From assembly GCA_964607755.1 (NCBI GenBank), contig CAZSMC010000018.1:82-64081 (forward strand): a stretch of 64,000 bases of DNA, written 5' to 3'. The position numbers and the translations under genes were made by a program. The notes under the pieces are model-generated. The model was not told the DNA's origin, ran no database searches, and saw only the letters and a list, made by a program, of their open reading frames with translations. Positions 11,001-20,831 of this stretch are shown here, piece by piece. This stretch comes from an uncultured Cytophagia bacterium. Its GTDB lineage: Bacteria > Zhuqueibacterota > Zhuqueibacteria > Residuimicrobiales > Krinioviventaceae. Position 1 is the stretch's first letter. Every line of letters starts with the position of its first letter.

Positions 11001-14000
11001 GTGATTACACCTGAAGAAATTGAAGCATGGTTCCGGCTTCATTTTAATGAACTGCCGCGCCGGTATCTGGAATCGAAACGGGATCAGTTATGGCAGGATT
11101 ATACCAAAATCGAAGAGCGCGTACAAAACATTTCGCAATTGCTGCGCGCTTTTACATTATTCCAGCGCGATGTCGATTATGTAGTCAAAGCACCCGATGA
11201 AACCGAGATGCGCCGACATGGCGGACAGCGCGGTCACAAAGCGGTGATGATCGTCGATCAGTTTACCGGCCGTCTTATGCCAGGACGGCGGTTCAGCGAA
11301 GGTCTGCACGAGGCTCTGGAAGCCAAGGAAGGCGTTCAGGTGCAGGCAGAAACGCAAACGCTGGCTACCATTACGCTGCAGAATTTCTTCCGGATTTACG
11401 ACAAATTATCCGGCATGACGGGTACAGCAGAAACAGAGGCTCAGGAATTTTTCAGCACGTATGAACTAGATGTCATTGTCATTCCCACCAATGAACCAGT
11501 CATTCGCGATGACCATGACGATGTTATCTATCGAACTAGAAAAGAAAAATACGAAGCGCTGATTAACGAGGCGATAGAGTTGCATAATGCTGGCCGGCCG
11601 GTATTGATTGGTACAATTTCGGTGGATGTGTCTCAACATCTAAGTGACATGTTCACAGCACGGGGCGTACCGGTTGCTGATTGGTTAAAAAAAGGCGATG
11701 TCGAGAAACAACTGGAATCCGGAAAATTTCATACCGTGCTCAACGCAAAGTATCACAAAAACGAAGCAGAGATCGTCGCCAAAGCAGGTTTGCCCGGCGC
11801 GATTACCATTGCCACAAATATGGCAGGACGTGGAACGGACATCAAGCTGGCGCCCGGTGTGCGCGAAAAAGGCGGCCTGGCTATTTTAGGATCAGAAAAG
11901 CACGAGGCCCGGCGAATCGACCGGCAGCTTCGTGGCCGTGCCGGACGTCAGGGTGATCCAGGATCATCCAGGTTTTATCTTTCACTTGAAGATGATCTGA
12001 TGAGACTCTTTGGTTCGGACCGGATTACCAATATTATGACCCGTGTCGGTTCGATGGAAGAGGGCGAACGCATCGAACACCCACTGATCACAAAGTCTAT
12101 CGAACGTGCGCAGAAAAAGGTTGAAGAGCGCAACTTTGAAATCCGAAAACAACTTTTAGAATATGATGATGTTCTTAACGAACAACGCAAGATCATTTAT
12201 AAGCGCCGTCAGAATTTGCTCGGCTTTGCTGAACCAGAAGACCTGGTCGAAGCAAAGATAAAGCGCTTTATGGGCGATGAGAATGACCGGGCTACCTGGC
12301 ACTTGAACGAGATGGTAGAGAGTCTGAAAAACTTTTTCGGCGTTCATCCGCCTTTTAACGTAGATGAGCTCGAAGCGCAGGATGCGAATGAAATCCGGAA
12401 CCAGGTTAATGAATGGGTTGCTGCTCAAAGTGCGCAGGAACGCCATCGTGAACATCTGCGGGAACGGCACAGAATTTACGGATATTGCGATATCAATGAA
12501 ATTATTCGCGAACTCGTTCATTTTAAAATACGGCTACACGGCGGCACCTCTGGCGATACGGCAAAGTGGAATATCGAAGGCTTGCGATTCGAACTGGACC
12601 GTATCTTTGGTGCAGTGCCGGAATGGCTGCAGGAACCGCTCGAAAACATGTCAGCTCAAGAGGCTGAAAAACGCCTGGTTGAATGGGCGCAGAATTATTA
12701 TGCTCAACTTTTTGAAACCTATCGTGATAAAATCGACCGGATTTTATTCCGCAAACTCGATTTTAAAAAAATGCTGACGATTTTCGTTCAGGGATTGGCT
12801 GCCCAGTATCTGCCAGAAAGTGAGCCGGCAATTAACTGGAATATCAATGACTTTTTTGACCAGCTCGAACGGGTATTTGAAACCCGGCCGGAAATCGGCA
12901 TTAACGAAATACGGACGATTTCCTACAACCGATTGCTGGAAAAATTGACCGATTGGGTAAACCAGCTCGATATTCCGCAACGTGAAGCAGACTATTACCG
13001 GCATCGCATCATCGGACATGTGTCTCCGCAAGGATTTGTCGATATGATCGTACTCTCTGTTGTGCAGCACTTTAATGGCAGCTTGAACGTGAAAACCTTA
13101 TCTCCGGATTTGAAAAAAGCATTAGCAGATGTATTTGATACTGAATTCGTAATCGAGCCGGAGGATAACGAACTGCAGCCGATAGGTCAACTTTTCCGGC
13201 AGGCCCGGCAGTCGTATGCATCGTTTATCGATGAGAATATGGACGTTTACGATGCTGTAACCCTGGCAAAAGCGGATAATGTGGAAGCCCTCGAAGCCGC
13301 TATTACAGCTAAAACAAATTCGGTTTTTGATCAGTATGCCGATACCTCCCAGAACCGGAAAAAACTTTACCGGGACTTTGGCAATATGTTTATGGAAAAA
13401 CCAGAGTTGGCTCTTCCGCAAGCTCAGGATACCCAGGCTATTGCTGCGTTTAAAGAGGATTTAATTTCGTGGGGACATGGTTTTTATAAAACCTATTCGG
13501 ATCACGTAGACCGGATGTATCAAGAACGCCTGTCTAACGAAATTGTGTTTGATACGGTTTTGAGCATGATCGATGATGCAGCTTATACCATGATCCGGGA
13601 TATTTTAGGCCAGGGAGATGTTCTTGATCAAAACCAACTCCGCCGGTTGGAAGCTGAAAGCCGGTTGGTTTTCCGCCGGTCTCCGCGACTGGTCGACGAT
13701 AGCGTTGAAGGCATGAATCCCAACGATGTCATGGACAAACTCAGTAGCTGGGCTCAGGACCTGTATCACAAGCGGGTTAATGAAATCGGTAAAAATCTGG
13801 TAACCCGTTATGAACGGATTCACATTTTGCAGAAAATTGACACTAACTGGCGTCAGCATCTCAGCGGTATTGATGAATTGCGCGAGGGAATTGGCCTGCG
13901 TGGGTACGGTCAAAAAGATCCTCTGCTGGAATACAAGCGAGAAGCGTTTGACATGTTTCAGCGCACTGTCGATACAATTAATCGTGAAACAGTGGGTGCC

Positions 14001-14276
14001 CTGTTCAAATTTTTTGATGTTGGCGGAGAAGTGGAAGAGCAACAAATGCGGCGCAGTGAACCGCAAAGCTTTACCACATCCCACTCCCGGGTGCAGCAGT
14101 TCAAAACGCTCGCTGCAAACAAAAAGCAGGGAAAAAAGACACCCGCACCAGCCAACCGGCCTGGCCAGCCCGCTCGGCAAAAAACTGTGGTGAAAAGCAA
14201 AGAACCTGGCCGGAATGATCCCTGTCCATGCGGCAGTGGGAAAAAATATAAAAAATGCTGCGGCAGAAATGTTTAA
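8040..14276 (+). CDS. secA: Preprotein translocase ATPase SecA, giant form (2078 aa).
   Basis: The translation contains NBD1 ([20 protein letters not shown]...TPLIISG), PPXD ends ([17 protein letters not shown] ... [10 protein letters not shown]...[32 protein letters not shown]), NBD2 ([35 protein letters not shown]), the HSD/HWD ([16 protein letters not shown]) and the C-terminal zinc motif [14 protein letters not shown]. These blocks are separated by about 700 and 420 aa of non-homologous sequence. Confidence 0.9.
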   Translation: MNKKLEQFLTKIMGGSSTERELKRIRPMVDQINEFAEEYKQLSDDELKAKTNEFRYRLRTGETLDDILPEAYAVVKDTCRRLLGKKWMVRGQETEWNMVPYDVQLLGAIILHEGKIAEMATGEGKTLVATMPLYLNALEGKGAHLVTVNDYLAQRDCEWMGEIYKYLGLSVAAIYGEQDPEDRKKAYQADITYGTNNEFGFDYLRDNMTSDVWSVVQRPLHYAIIDEVDSVLIDEARTPLIISGSVGAPRNVYNELKPTVESLYRKQKELVDRLLQEGKSLLDKDEEKAGLLILRAQRGDPKNEKLMELLTSEFWVKKLIERIQGQFEVNKEMNTVDQELYYTIDEKSHVVDITEKGRIFLSGGQALNVADKINQLDDLDDMIHHLSEQKDPSQYFTQDPITGYCNGFTLEGKLALLNMNGEITDKEIGALDELDQKLTAISEESQQSSQGKKADKGGTWRKYYNIAKKMDSAVNGLSPEGKQLLAKGISDALPKIVEAFDLVLARLREIADIDSDGRLPRQLIDERRKLQQAFFHNDKQSGCPVGLTEQGRIALLAAMLGGNPLAVPMIFQLEDMLSSSDGIDAKSQEYFDFTDNGSAISHIAEKGRILLLGGNPDLYVLPDRSMVEERDQQIQQLLDKTLNQVSYDYSTRVQTAEQLQEDLQAIHQAIGSQPKEKRPTYLRRFYDVDYRDRVTNEPLMRVTDKGKAFLEDFSSQTISVVERLNDSLHKKNTGVFNIQNNTLTGLADDQLDELLGDSFYKINQQIDSWNASHSADADTSSVNLREHLDAHLGQDTESASSLSRQFEEIERIDRIIRNVFSALASSDVTNAEKRRILHRYFEVDTNDLENIQPTPDLDIRGLSETGMQRLIGRAADRNEVSDRLIQLLENPDTDLESVFEMQPDGYPSNLKESARSHLVDGLPYYEYSSGLKEFRDEVLQMSANKVSSGAEMESLVPREQVQLKKKGIALSDRELGHLISKAHAPNTVITPEEIEAWFRLHFNELPRRYLESKRDQLWQDYTKIEERVQNISQLLRAFTLFQRDVDYVVKAPDETEMRRHGGQRGHKAVMIVDQFTGRLMPGRRFSEGLHEALEAKEGVQVQAETQTLATITLQNFFRIYDKLSGMTGTAETEAQEFFSTYELDVIVIPTNEPVIRDDHDDVIYRTRKEKYEALINEAIELHNAGRPVLIGTISVDVSQHLSDMFTARGVPVADWLKKGDVEKQLESGKFHTVLNAKYHKNEAEIVAKAGLPGAITIATNMAGRGTDIKLAPGVREKGGLAILGSEKHEARRIDRQLRGRAGRQGDPGSSRFYLSLEDDLMRLFGSDRITNIMTRVGSMEEGERIEHPLITKSIERAQKKVEERNFEIRKQLLEYDDVLNEQRKIIYKRRQNLLGFAEPEDLVEAKIKRFMGDENDRATWHLNEMVESLKNFFGVHPPFNVDELEAQDANEIRNQVNEWVAAQSAQERHREHLRERHRIYGYCDINEIIRELVHFKIRLHGGTSGDTAKWNIEGLRFELDRIFGAVPEWLQEPLENMSAQEAEKRLVEWAQNYYAQLFETYRDKIDRILFRKLDFKKMLTIFVQGLAAQYLPESEPAINWNINDFFDQLERVFETRPEIGINEIRTISYNRLLEKLTDWVNQLDIPQREADYYRHRIIGHVSPQGFVDMIVLSVVQHFNGSLNVKTLSPDLKKALADVFDTEFVIEPEDNELQPIGQLFRQARQSYASFIDENMDVYDAVTLAKADNVEALEAAITAKTNSVFDQYADTSQNRKKLYRDFGNMFMEKPELALPQAQDTQAIAAFKEDLISWGHGFYKTYSDHVDRMYQERLSNEIVFDTVLSMIDDAAYTMIRDILGQGDVLDQNQLRRLEAESRLVFRRSPRLVDDSVEGMNPNDVMDKLSSWAQDLYHKRVNEIGKNLVTRYERIHILQKIDTNWRQHLSGIDELREGIGLRGYGQKDPLLEYKREAFDMFQRTVDTINRETVGALFKFFDVGGEVEEQQMRRSEPQSFTTSHSRVQQFKTLAANKKQGKKTPAPANRPGQPARQKTVVKSKEPGRNDPCPCGSGKKYKKCCGRNV

Positions 14277-14312
14277 CAAAATACATGTGTTGCATTTCTT
14301 TAACAAATGTTT

Positions 14313-14347
14313 ACTTGACTTTGGATGTTTTTATCCTATATTTTGAA
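14313..14347 (+). promoter_or_regulatory. Putative sigma70-like promoter upstream of smg.
   Basis: TTGACT, then 16 nt, then TATATT lies about 35 bp upstream of the smg start. This is sequence-only evidence. Confidence 0.3.
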
Positions 14348-14378
14348 TTGAAAAGAATACATAAAAAGCTTTGGTGAA

Positions 14379-14849
14379 TTGATGAATAAAAAACTTTTCG
14401 ACGTATTGGAGCTTGTTCTTAAGGAAATCCGCGAAAATGTATTAGGCGAAGTACAACTGCAAACGATTATCGATATGCTTTCCGAACATGGTTTTTCTGA
14501 TGATGAAATATCTCTGGCTATGTCCTGGCTGTTAAGCAGTGGCGATAACTTGCAGCAGTTGGTTGGGTCTACCCCAAAAGGACTGCCCCGGCCGCTATGG
14601 CGAGACCTGAACGATGAGGAACGGGAAGCCATATCACCAAGTGCGTATAGTTTTCTTTTTCACCTGCGCGAACTCGATTTGCTGAGTGATAATAAAATGG
14701 AACAAGTCATTGACCAGGCTGTTCGTTTAAATACATACTATCTCGATGTGGATGACATGAAGGAACTCATTACGGCAGTCGTGCTGGATTATGAGGATAA
14801 TGCCTCCAGCGGATATTTTTCATTTTTATCCACATCTGCTCCTCAATAA
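14379..14849 (+). CDS. smg: Smg (DUF494) protein.
   Basis: It is 156 aa and shares the LFDVL...GF...WL pattern with E. coli Smg. It sits immediately upstream of a topA-like gene, as in the canonical smg-topA arrangement. Confidence 0.6.
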   Translation: MMNKKLFDVLELVLKEIRENVLGEVQLQTIIDMLSEHGFSDDEISLAMSWLLSSGDNLQQLVGSTPKGLPRPLWRDLNDEEREAISPSAYSFLFHLRELDLLSDNKMEQVIDQAVRLNTYYLDVDDMKELITAVVLDYEDNASSGYFSFLSTSAPQ

Positions 14850-14871
14850 TTAAAATGATCCTCGTACGCTC

Positions 14872-16983
14872 ATGGGGCAATTTTTTTTAGTGGTAGAGTC
14901 CCTTGGTAAGCAAAAGACTCTGCAAAAAATATTGAATGAAAAGGCAACAGTGATCTATGCCGGACCGCCTCAGAGCGAGTCCGGCGATTTTGCCTTGAAT
15001 GGGGATGCTAATGTTTTTCCGAAAGATTTGACCAGACTGACACGCCAGGACACGGTCTATTTTGCCACCGATCCCAATCTGGTGGGTGAGAAAATAGCTG
15101 CGGCAGCAAAAGATAAATTCCCTGACAATGTCCAGTGCCGGCGTGTGCTGTTAATGAGTTTTACGCCACATTCAGTAAATCATGCTCTGAAAAATGCTGC
15201 CCCTCTTAATGATAAAGGCGCAAAAGCGCACGAGCTTCGCGAGCGGCTGTCCCGGCTTTTTGACCGGACATTCCGGTTTGTCCTTGATGTCCCGTCTTTG
15301 AACAAAGTTCTCCGTCTGGAAACTTTACTCCTTCTTGATTTTCTCGTCCAGGCGGAGATAACTGCCCGGACATCATGTTTTGAGTCTCACTGGACAATCG
15401 ATGTCGAACTAAAAGGGCGCAACAGCAGATTTTGGGCGCCGCTCACAAACGTGAAAGATCAGGACGCTATCTTTTCTGATCCCCACAGTGCCAAAGCGTG
15501 CATCATTGATTTGAAGAAACAGGATTTCAAAATCACCTCAACAGCACCAAAAAGCAAATTCATTCAGCCTCCGCCTCCTTATGTGACGGTCACGCTTTTG
15601 CGCGATGCTGCCCGCGATCTGGGATTTGCACCAGCACAAACAATATCAGTCGCACGATCTCTATACGAGGGTGTGGACATTGGCTTGACATCACCTGTAA
15701 GTTTGATTACTTTTCCATTTACCGCAGAGTACGCCTGTCATCACGAGTGCGTTCAGGCAGTTCGTGAGTTTGTGCTCAATAATTACGGCGTGGATTATGT
15801 GTCTAAACAACAACGGTACAAAAGTGTTTCTGCTTTATCAGTTGCTATCACCCCGGTGGAAATAAAACGAACGCCAAAAAAAGTCCGCAAATACCTGACA
15901 GAACCGCAATATAAATTGTACGAGCTCGTCTGGACAAAAACGGTCTCTTCGCAGATGCGAAATGCTGTAATTAAGCATAATGCGATCGAATGCAGCGCCG
16001 GGCCGGATGATCGATACCAGTTTTTCTTCGAGGATATAAAGATTGATTTTAGAGGATTTCTGCAAGTGGATAGTCATCCGGTTTCATGCACATCAGCAAC
16101 TGGTGAAAATCTGAGAAAAAACCAGCCGCTTGAATGCCTGGGTTTTCGTTTGAACAAAAATGATACTATTCGGACAGAATCGTTCACCGTTGCCAAAGTG
16201 TTTGACATATTGTATCACACCAGCCTGGGACAACCTGAAAATTATGCGGACATGTTGAGCGCCCTTGCCGATTGTCATTTCATCACCATAAAAGACGGCA
16301 GCGTTCATGTCACCACAACCGGTGAAGAAGCGTGCCGGATCATGCACCAACAGTTGCCCCATATTTTTAGCACAGAATTTGCCAAAGGGATCGGAAAGCG
16401 AATAGACCTTGTTTTGCGTGGGCGTAAAAAAAGTGAGGACGTTTTTCGTCAATATTCAAATATTATTGATACAGCCATTCAAAAAATAGCGTCGCAAAAA
16501 CAGGTGTGTCCCTTATGCGGTGGAAAGCTCATTCTCCGCGAATCGGAAACATCACAGCGGGTTTGTGAGTTATATCCTTATCAATGTGACTATGTTGAGT
16601 CAATTACAGATGGAAATTCCACGCAGGTTTGTGATAAATGCGGAGCAGAAATGGTTGTTCGCAACGGCCGCTACGGACGCTTTTTAGCCTGTTCGCGGTT
16701 TCCGGAATGTCATTTCACAAAACCGTACACTATCAATGTAAAATGTCCTTCCGATGGATGCGATGGGGATGTAATTGAAAGATATTCTGCAACCGGATAT
16801 CTGTTTTATGGCTGCTCCAAATATCCGGCCTGTAAATTTGCCAGTTGGCTCAAACCAGTTAATGTTGCTTGTCCGTACTGCGGTCACACATACATGGTTG
16901 AAAAACATCAGGACCAGGATTGCTTGCTTTTTTGTCCTAACTGTAAGAATACTATGAAAGAAACCATAACAACAGCTCAATGA
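14872..16983 (+). CDS. Type IA DNA topoisomerase I homolog with an apparently degenerate active site.
   Basis: The N-terminal Toprim is present (LVVVESLGKQKT; ATDPNLVGE against E. coli ATDLDREGE). The domain III core aligns (PPPPYVTVTLLRDAARDLGF...ARSLYEG...SLITFPFTAE against [20 protein letters not shown]...AQRLYEAGYITYMRTDS). Four C-terminal Cys4 topoisomerase-type zinc ribbons follow. The catalytic Tyr and Arg positions read F and F, and D113/E115 equivalents read N and V. Confidence 0.7.
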   Translation: MGQFFLVVESLGKQKTLQKILNEKATVIYAGPPQSESGDFALNGDANVFPKDLTRLTRQDTVYFATDPNLVGEKIAAAAKDKFPDNVQCRRVLLMSFTPHSVNHALKNAAPLNDKGAKAHELRERLSRLFDRTFRFVLDVPSLNKVLRLETLLLLDFLVQAEITARTSCFESHWTIDVELKGRNSRFWAPLTNVKDQDAIFSDPHSAKACIIDLKKQDFKITSTAPKSKFIQPPPPYVTVTLLRDAARDLGFAPAQTISVARSLYEGVDIGLTSPVSLITFPFTAEYACHHECVQAVREFVLNNYGVDYVSKQQRYKSVSALSVAITPVEIKRTPKKVRKYLTEPQYKLYELVWTKTVSSQMRNAVIKHNAIECSAGPDDRYQFFFEDIKIDFRGFLQVDSHPVSCTSATGENLRKNQPLECLGFRLNKNDTIRTESFTVAKVFDILYHTSLGQPENYADMLSALADCHFITIKDGSVHVTTTGEEACRIMHQQLPHIFSTEFAKGIGKRIDLVLRGRKKSEDVFRQYSNIIDTAIQKIASQKQVCPLCGGKLILRESETSQRVCELYPYQCDYVESITDGNSTQVCDKCGAEMVVRNGRYGRFLACSRFPECHFTKPYTINVKCPSDGCDGDVIERYSATGYLFYGCSKYPACKFASWLKPVNVACPYCGHTYMVEKHQDQDCLLFCPNCKNTMKETITTAQ

Positions 16984-18014
16984 CTCTTACGCCATCGCAC
17001 ACATTTCAACATTGGATTCCGCGGTTTTTGAAATATCTGCGAGTGCAAAGGAACGCCTCTAAAAACACTCAAGAATCCTACGAACGTGATTTAACACTTT
17101 TTGTTCATTACCTGGCGGAACGCACGCACAAGCAGGTTCCAACTCTGAGTGCTTTTACGCGCGAAAATGTTCGTGGATATCTTTCCTTTTTATTCGGTGA
17201 AAAATACCTGTCGCGCAGTGTGGCGCGAAAACTTGCCACCCTGCGTTCGTTTTCAAAGTTCCTTATTCGCGAACAGGCAATTCAACAGAATCCAACGCTA
17301 AACATCGCCTCGCCTAAAATTGAAAAGCGTCTCCCCCAATATTTAACCCGGGATGAAATGAAAAAACTTTTACAATTACCAGATGTGGCCACATTGGAAG
17401 GGTTGCGGGATTTTATCATCCTCGAGCTGTTTTATGCCACAGGTATGCGAGTGAGCGAAGTAGCGCAACTAAAAATTGATAACATTTTTCCTGACGAGGG
17501 CACCATCAGAATCAAGGGCAAAGGCAGCAAAATCCGACTGGTGCAGATGGGAGAAAAGTTGAATCAGCATATCAAGGATTATCTGTCAAAATGCGCCCAT
17601 TTTAGAAATGTGGAGCCGTCTGTTGTACAAGACGACCAAAGTGAATATTTATCGAATTATAGCAAAGACAACCAACAGCAGGAATTCACAGATTATTTGT
17701 TTGTTAATAAAAATAGGCAGCCGTTTACCAGACATCAAATAGCTGCGATCGTTTCTTCTTATCTTAAACGGGTCACTGATGTGAAAAAAGCGCATCCTCA
17801 CACACTGCGGCATTCATTCGCCACTCATCTTTTGAACAAAGGGGCCGATCTCATGGCAGTTAAAGAAATGTTAGGTCACGAAAGTTTGAGCACAACCCAG
17901 ATTTACACGCACGTCTCTGCAGATCATTTAAAGCGTATTTACAAGGCATCTCATCCGCGAGATGCTCAGACAAACAGTTCCCCACCCAAAAAAGGAGGTG
18001 ATAAAAAAGTATAG
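16980..18014 (+). CDS. Tyrosine site-specific recombinase XerC/XerD family.
   Basis: It has an N-terminal SAM-like core-binding domain and the catalytic R...HxLRH...Y residues (GMRVSE; HTLRHSFATHLL; TQIYTHV). The ATGA overlap with the upstream topA-like stop indicates translational coupling. The stop is TAG. Confidence 0.8.
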   Translation: MTLTPSHTFQHWIPRFLKYLRVQRNASKNTQESYERDLTLFVHYLAERTHKQVPTLSAFTRENVRGYLSFLFGEKYLSRSVARKLATLRSFSKFLIREQAIQQNPTLNIASPKIEKRLPQYLTRDEMKKLLQLPDVATLEGLRDFIILELFYATGMRVSEVAQLKIDNIFPDEGTIRIKGKGSKIRLVQMGEKLNQHIKDYLSKCAHFRNVEPSVVQDDQSEYLSNYSKDNQQQEFTDYLFVNKNRQPFTRHQIAAIVSSYLKRVTDVKKAHPHTLRHSFATHLLNKGADLMAVKEMLGHESLSTTQIYTHVSADHLKRIYKASHPRDAQTNSSPPKKGGDKKV

Positions 18015-18073
18015 GAAAAGTATTGTCTTTTTATGCAGTAACAGTTATCTTATTTTTCTGAAAGGAGGTTCCC

Positions 18074-18394
18074 ATGAGAATCGAATTCACCGCACGGCAC
18101 TTTAAACCCTCTCAACGACTGAAAGAATTTGCCCAGGAGGAAGTGCAACGCCTGAAAAAGTATTACGACGGAATTATTGAAACAGAAATCATACTTGATT
18201 ATGAAAGGCAGGACCAGATCGCAGAAATAATCATCAAAGTCAATGGACAACGTATGACCGTCGTTGAACGAACCGATGATATGTACAAATCCATTTCTTT
18301 TGCGGTGGATAAGCTTGAGCGCAAGCTCCGGCGATATAAAGAAAAACAACGGCAATTTGATAAAGAGCGAATCTCAGAAAATATAGAGGAATAA
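18074..18394 (+). CDS. hpf: Ribosome hibernation promoting factor (HPF/RaiA, sigma-54 modulation protein family).
   Basis: It is 106 aa with MRIEFTARHFKPSQRLKEFAQEEVQRL...; RBS GAAAGGAGG lies upstream. Confidence 0.8.
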   Translation: MRIEFTARHFKPSQRLKEFAQEEVQRLKKYYDGIIETEIILDYERQDQIAEIIIKVNGQRMTVVERTDDMYKSISFAVDKLERKLRRYKEKQRQFDKERISENIEE

Positions 18395-18403
18395 TGAACA
18401 ACC

Positions 18404-18440
18404 AGGCCTGGGGCGCCGCCTCAGGCCGTTATTTCATATC
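18404..18440 (+). terminator. Possible intrinsic terminator after hpf.
   Basis: Stem GGCCTG/CAGGCC with an 11-nt GC-rich loop is followed by GTTATTT. It is a weak T-tract. Confidence 0.35.
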
Positions 18441-18451
18441 TGTGAGTCATC

Positions 18452-19489
18452 ATGTTAAAAACAGAAAAAGTTAAAAAATCGTTAGAAGATATTATCAAGC
18501 TGCCCGAGCCACGTATTTTATCCTTTATCAAAGTGCGTACCTTATACGAAGATATGAAAGACAGTTTGTCACTGCGCATTTTGAACGACAAACACAGCTT
18601 TGAACGAAAAATCCGTGAAAAAGAAATCAATCGCCCGGGACTGGCGATGAGCGGATTCGTCGAAGTGTTCACCTACTGGCGCGTGCAAATTATGGGCAAT
18701 ACAGAAATTGGCTTTTTGAATACGCTGCACGGTAAAAGGCGGCTTGATGCGATTCAAACAGTTCTCGGTTTTGATCTTCCATGTATAGTGGTGACAAATG
18801 ATAATAAAGTTCCTCAAGAATTTCTAGATATTGCTAACCGTAACGGCATCACTATTTTCTCATCCCCTTTGAACACAACAGTGGTTAGCCGCCATTTAGG
18901 CGAATATCTGGAAGCCAAGTTTGCCCCGCACATGATTCTTCACGGCACTTTGGTTGATATTTACAGCGTTGGCGTTCTTTTTGTTGGACCGGCCGGGATC
19001 GGAAAAAGTGAACTGTGCCTGGACCTTGTCGAGCGCGGACATCAACTGGTTGCCGATGATGTTGTCGAACTGAAACGCGTCGGAATCCATCAATTGCAAG
19101 GGTCATCGCGGCAGTCGAATTCCTACCATCTTGAAATCAGGGGGCTGGGTATAATCGATGTGTTCAAGATGTTTGGTGTGAGCGGAATCCGGGGAAATAA
19201 GGACGTTCATGTTATCGTAAAGCTGGAAAAATTTTCCACTGATAAAAAGTATGAACGTCTTGGCCTGGATACGAAAATCACCGAAATCATGGGTGTGGAA
19301 ATTCCCCTGGTTGAAATTCCCATTGTGGAAGGAAAAAATATTCGGATAGTCGCCGAGGCGATAGCTCTCGATCACAAGCTGAAACAGATTGGCATTAACC
19401 AGGCTGAGCAATTTCAGCAAAATCTGATCGAAAGACTGCAGAAAAAACAGCCGCCGCTCGTTGAGTATGAAAGTGAAACTGAATTATGA
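18452..19489 (+). CDS. hprK: HPr kinase/phosphorylase.
   Basis: It carries the P-loop GPAGIGKSELCLDLVERGHQLVADD and the HprK C-terminal domain pattern. It follows hpf, as in rpoN-type regulatory operons. Confidence 0.85.
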   Translation: MLKTEKVKKSLEDIIKLPEPRILSFIKVRTLYEDMKDSLSLRILNDKHSFERKIREKEINRPGLAMSGFVEVFTYWRVQIMGNTEIGFLNTLHGKRRLDAIQTVLGFDLPCIVVTNDNKVPQEFLDIANRNGITIFSSPLNTTVVSRHLGEYLEAKFAPHMILHGTLVDIYSVGVLFVGPAGIGKSELCLDLVERGHQLVADDVVELKRVGIHQLQGSSRQSNSYHLEIRGLGIIDVFKMFGVSGIRGNKDVHVIVKLEKFSTDKKYERLGLDTKITEIMGVEIPLVEIPIVEGKNIRIVAEAIALDHKLKQIGINQAEQFQQNLIERLQKKQPPLVEYESETEL

Positions 19490-19875
19490 AACAAGGTGTG
19501 ATTATCGCTCACGGTTCCCTGGGTCGTGCATTAATCGAGGCGGTTCAGGTTATTATGGGCACTGATGACGGCCTTTATGATATCTCGGTTGAAAATATGT
19601 CAGCCAAACAGATTTATGACCGCCTCGCTTCAATAGTCAAAGTCCCGCAATCCGATAAAGATGGTGTAGTCGTTATGGCATGCCTGCGCGGTGGGAGTTC
19701 GTGGAATGTGGCATCAGCAGTGGCTGAGGGGAAAAAATATGTGCGCGTGATAAGCGGTGCCAATTTGCCCATGATTTTGACATTTCTCACAAAACGCAAT
19801 TTCTGCTCAATGGATCAACTCTTATCTGAAATGCGCAACGAAGCTGTAAAAGGTATCGCTCTGTTAAAAAAATAA
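19486..19875 (+). CDS. PTS EIIA component, mannose/fructose family.
   Basis: The sequence MKQGVIIAHGSLGRALIEA...GGSSWN is the EIIA-Man fold signature, including the phosphorylatable His in IIAHGS. The ATGA overlap indicates coupling to hprK. Confidence 0.75.
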   Translation: MKQGVIIAHGSLGRALIEAVQVIMGTDDGLYDISVENMSAKQIYDRLASIVKVPQSDKDGVVVMACLRGGSSWNVASAVAEGKKYVRVISGANLPMILTFLTKRNFCSMDQLLSEMRNEAVKGIALLKK

Positions 19876-19904
19876 TTCATATTGGAACGGTAACAAGGAG
19901 AAGC

Positions 19905-20405
19905 ATGTTTATGCCATTGGTCATGGTCAGAATTGATGACCGGTTGATACACGGTCAGGTTGTGGTGGGCTGGGGTAATGTGATTAAACCGGACCGCATT
20001 TTACTCGCCAGCGACGAAGTTGCCAATGTGGAATGGCAAAAAACGATTTATCTTTCAGCAGTCCCAGAAAACCTGAAAGCATCTGTGCTGACATTGGATG
20101 AAACTATAGAAAAACTCGAAAACAATGCCTTTGAAGGAGAAAGAGTCCTTTTGCTTGTCGATAATCCAAAAAGCGTTGTTTATCTGGTTGAACATGGAAT
20201 TGAAATAAAGGAAGTGAATGTGGGCGGCATGCATTTTCGGCCGGGTAAAAATCAAATTTCCAATTTTATTTTTGTCAATCAAGAGGATATCGATAATTTC
20301 AAAAAACTGAGAGAAAAAGATATTTATTTAGAAGGCCGGGATGTTCCAACCCGCACACCAATTGATATTGCCGAATCGCTTGGAATTGATGGCAAAGACT
20401 CGTGA
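19905..20405 (+). CDS. PTS EIIB component, mannose/sorbose family.
   Basis: RIDDRLIHGQVVVGW...VNVGGMHFRPGK aligns closely to the E. coli ManX IIB domain. No IIC/IID permease genes follow. Confidence 0.75.
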   Translation: MFMPLVMVRIDDRLIHGQVVVGWGNVIKPDRILLASDEVANVEWQKTIYLSAVPENLKASVLTLDETIEKLENNAFEGERVLLLVDNPKSVVYLVEHGIEIKEVNVGGMHFRPGKNQISNFIFVNQEDIDNFKKLREKDIYLEGRDVPTRTPIDIAESLGIDGKDS

Positions 20406-20831
20406 AAGATAAACCTACCGAATAATTAATGACATCTTTTTCCCCCTTGTGGTAGCTATTCATGCAAAAAAATAAAAAAGCTTATTAAAAATTCTGCCGG
20501 AATCTGGCGGTTCCTTTTTTTAATATTGGTTCACCGGAATAAGGTAAAAGTCGTCGGGGGTGGGGGTGCATAGTCTACTAAAGGGACGACCACGGCATAA
20601 GGTTAACACCTAACCAAATAAAGACGGATGGGAATAACCGGTCCGTCTATCTGTGGGATATTTTTCATACAACTCACCATACCCGGATAAACCGGAACCA
20701 AAAAGACTTAATCTTTTGCCAGGTTTGGTTAAGAGTTTACTTGAAAGGCACTTATTTTGTCACCCCGCTGTTTTTGCAAGAATAAAGCCCTTGCAATTCT
20801 TTGCCTGTGTCGTTATATTTAATTCAATTTT

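Noticed and set aside
8040-14276. Considered whether the extra ~1100 aa in SecA are inteins or an assembly fusion of two genes.
   Set aside because: No intein splice-junction residues or HN motif are present. The SecA blocks remain in canonical order on a single uninterrupted frame, which fits domain insertions rather than inteins or a fusion.
8178-14306. Numerous antisense and alternate-frame ORFs inside secA (for example 8178-8930 at 250 aa and 13605-14306 at 233 aa).
   Set aside because: They are nested in the strongly supported SecA frame and their translations are low-complexity. They are artefacts of a long GC-balanced coding region.
20406-20830. Possible tmRNA, tRNA or 6S RNA in the ORF-free 420 bp after the PTS EIIB gene.
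   Set aside because: There is no T-loop GGTTCGAATCC-like motif, no CCA-proximal acceptor pairing and no tag-peptide frame. Only generic hairpins are present, so this is left as unassigned.
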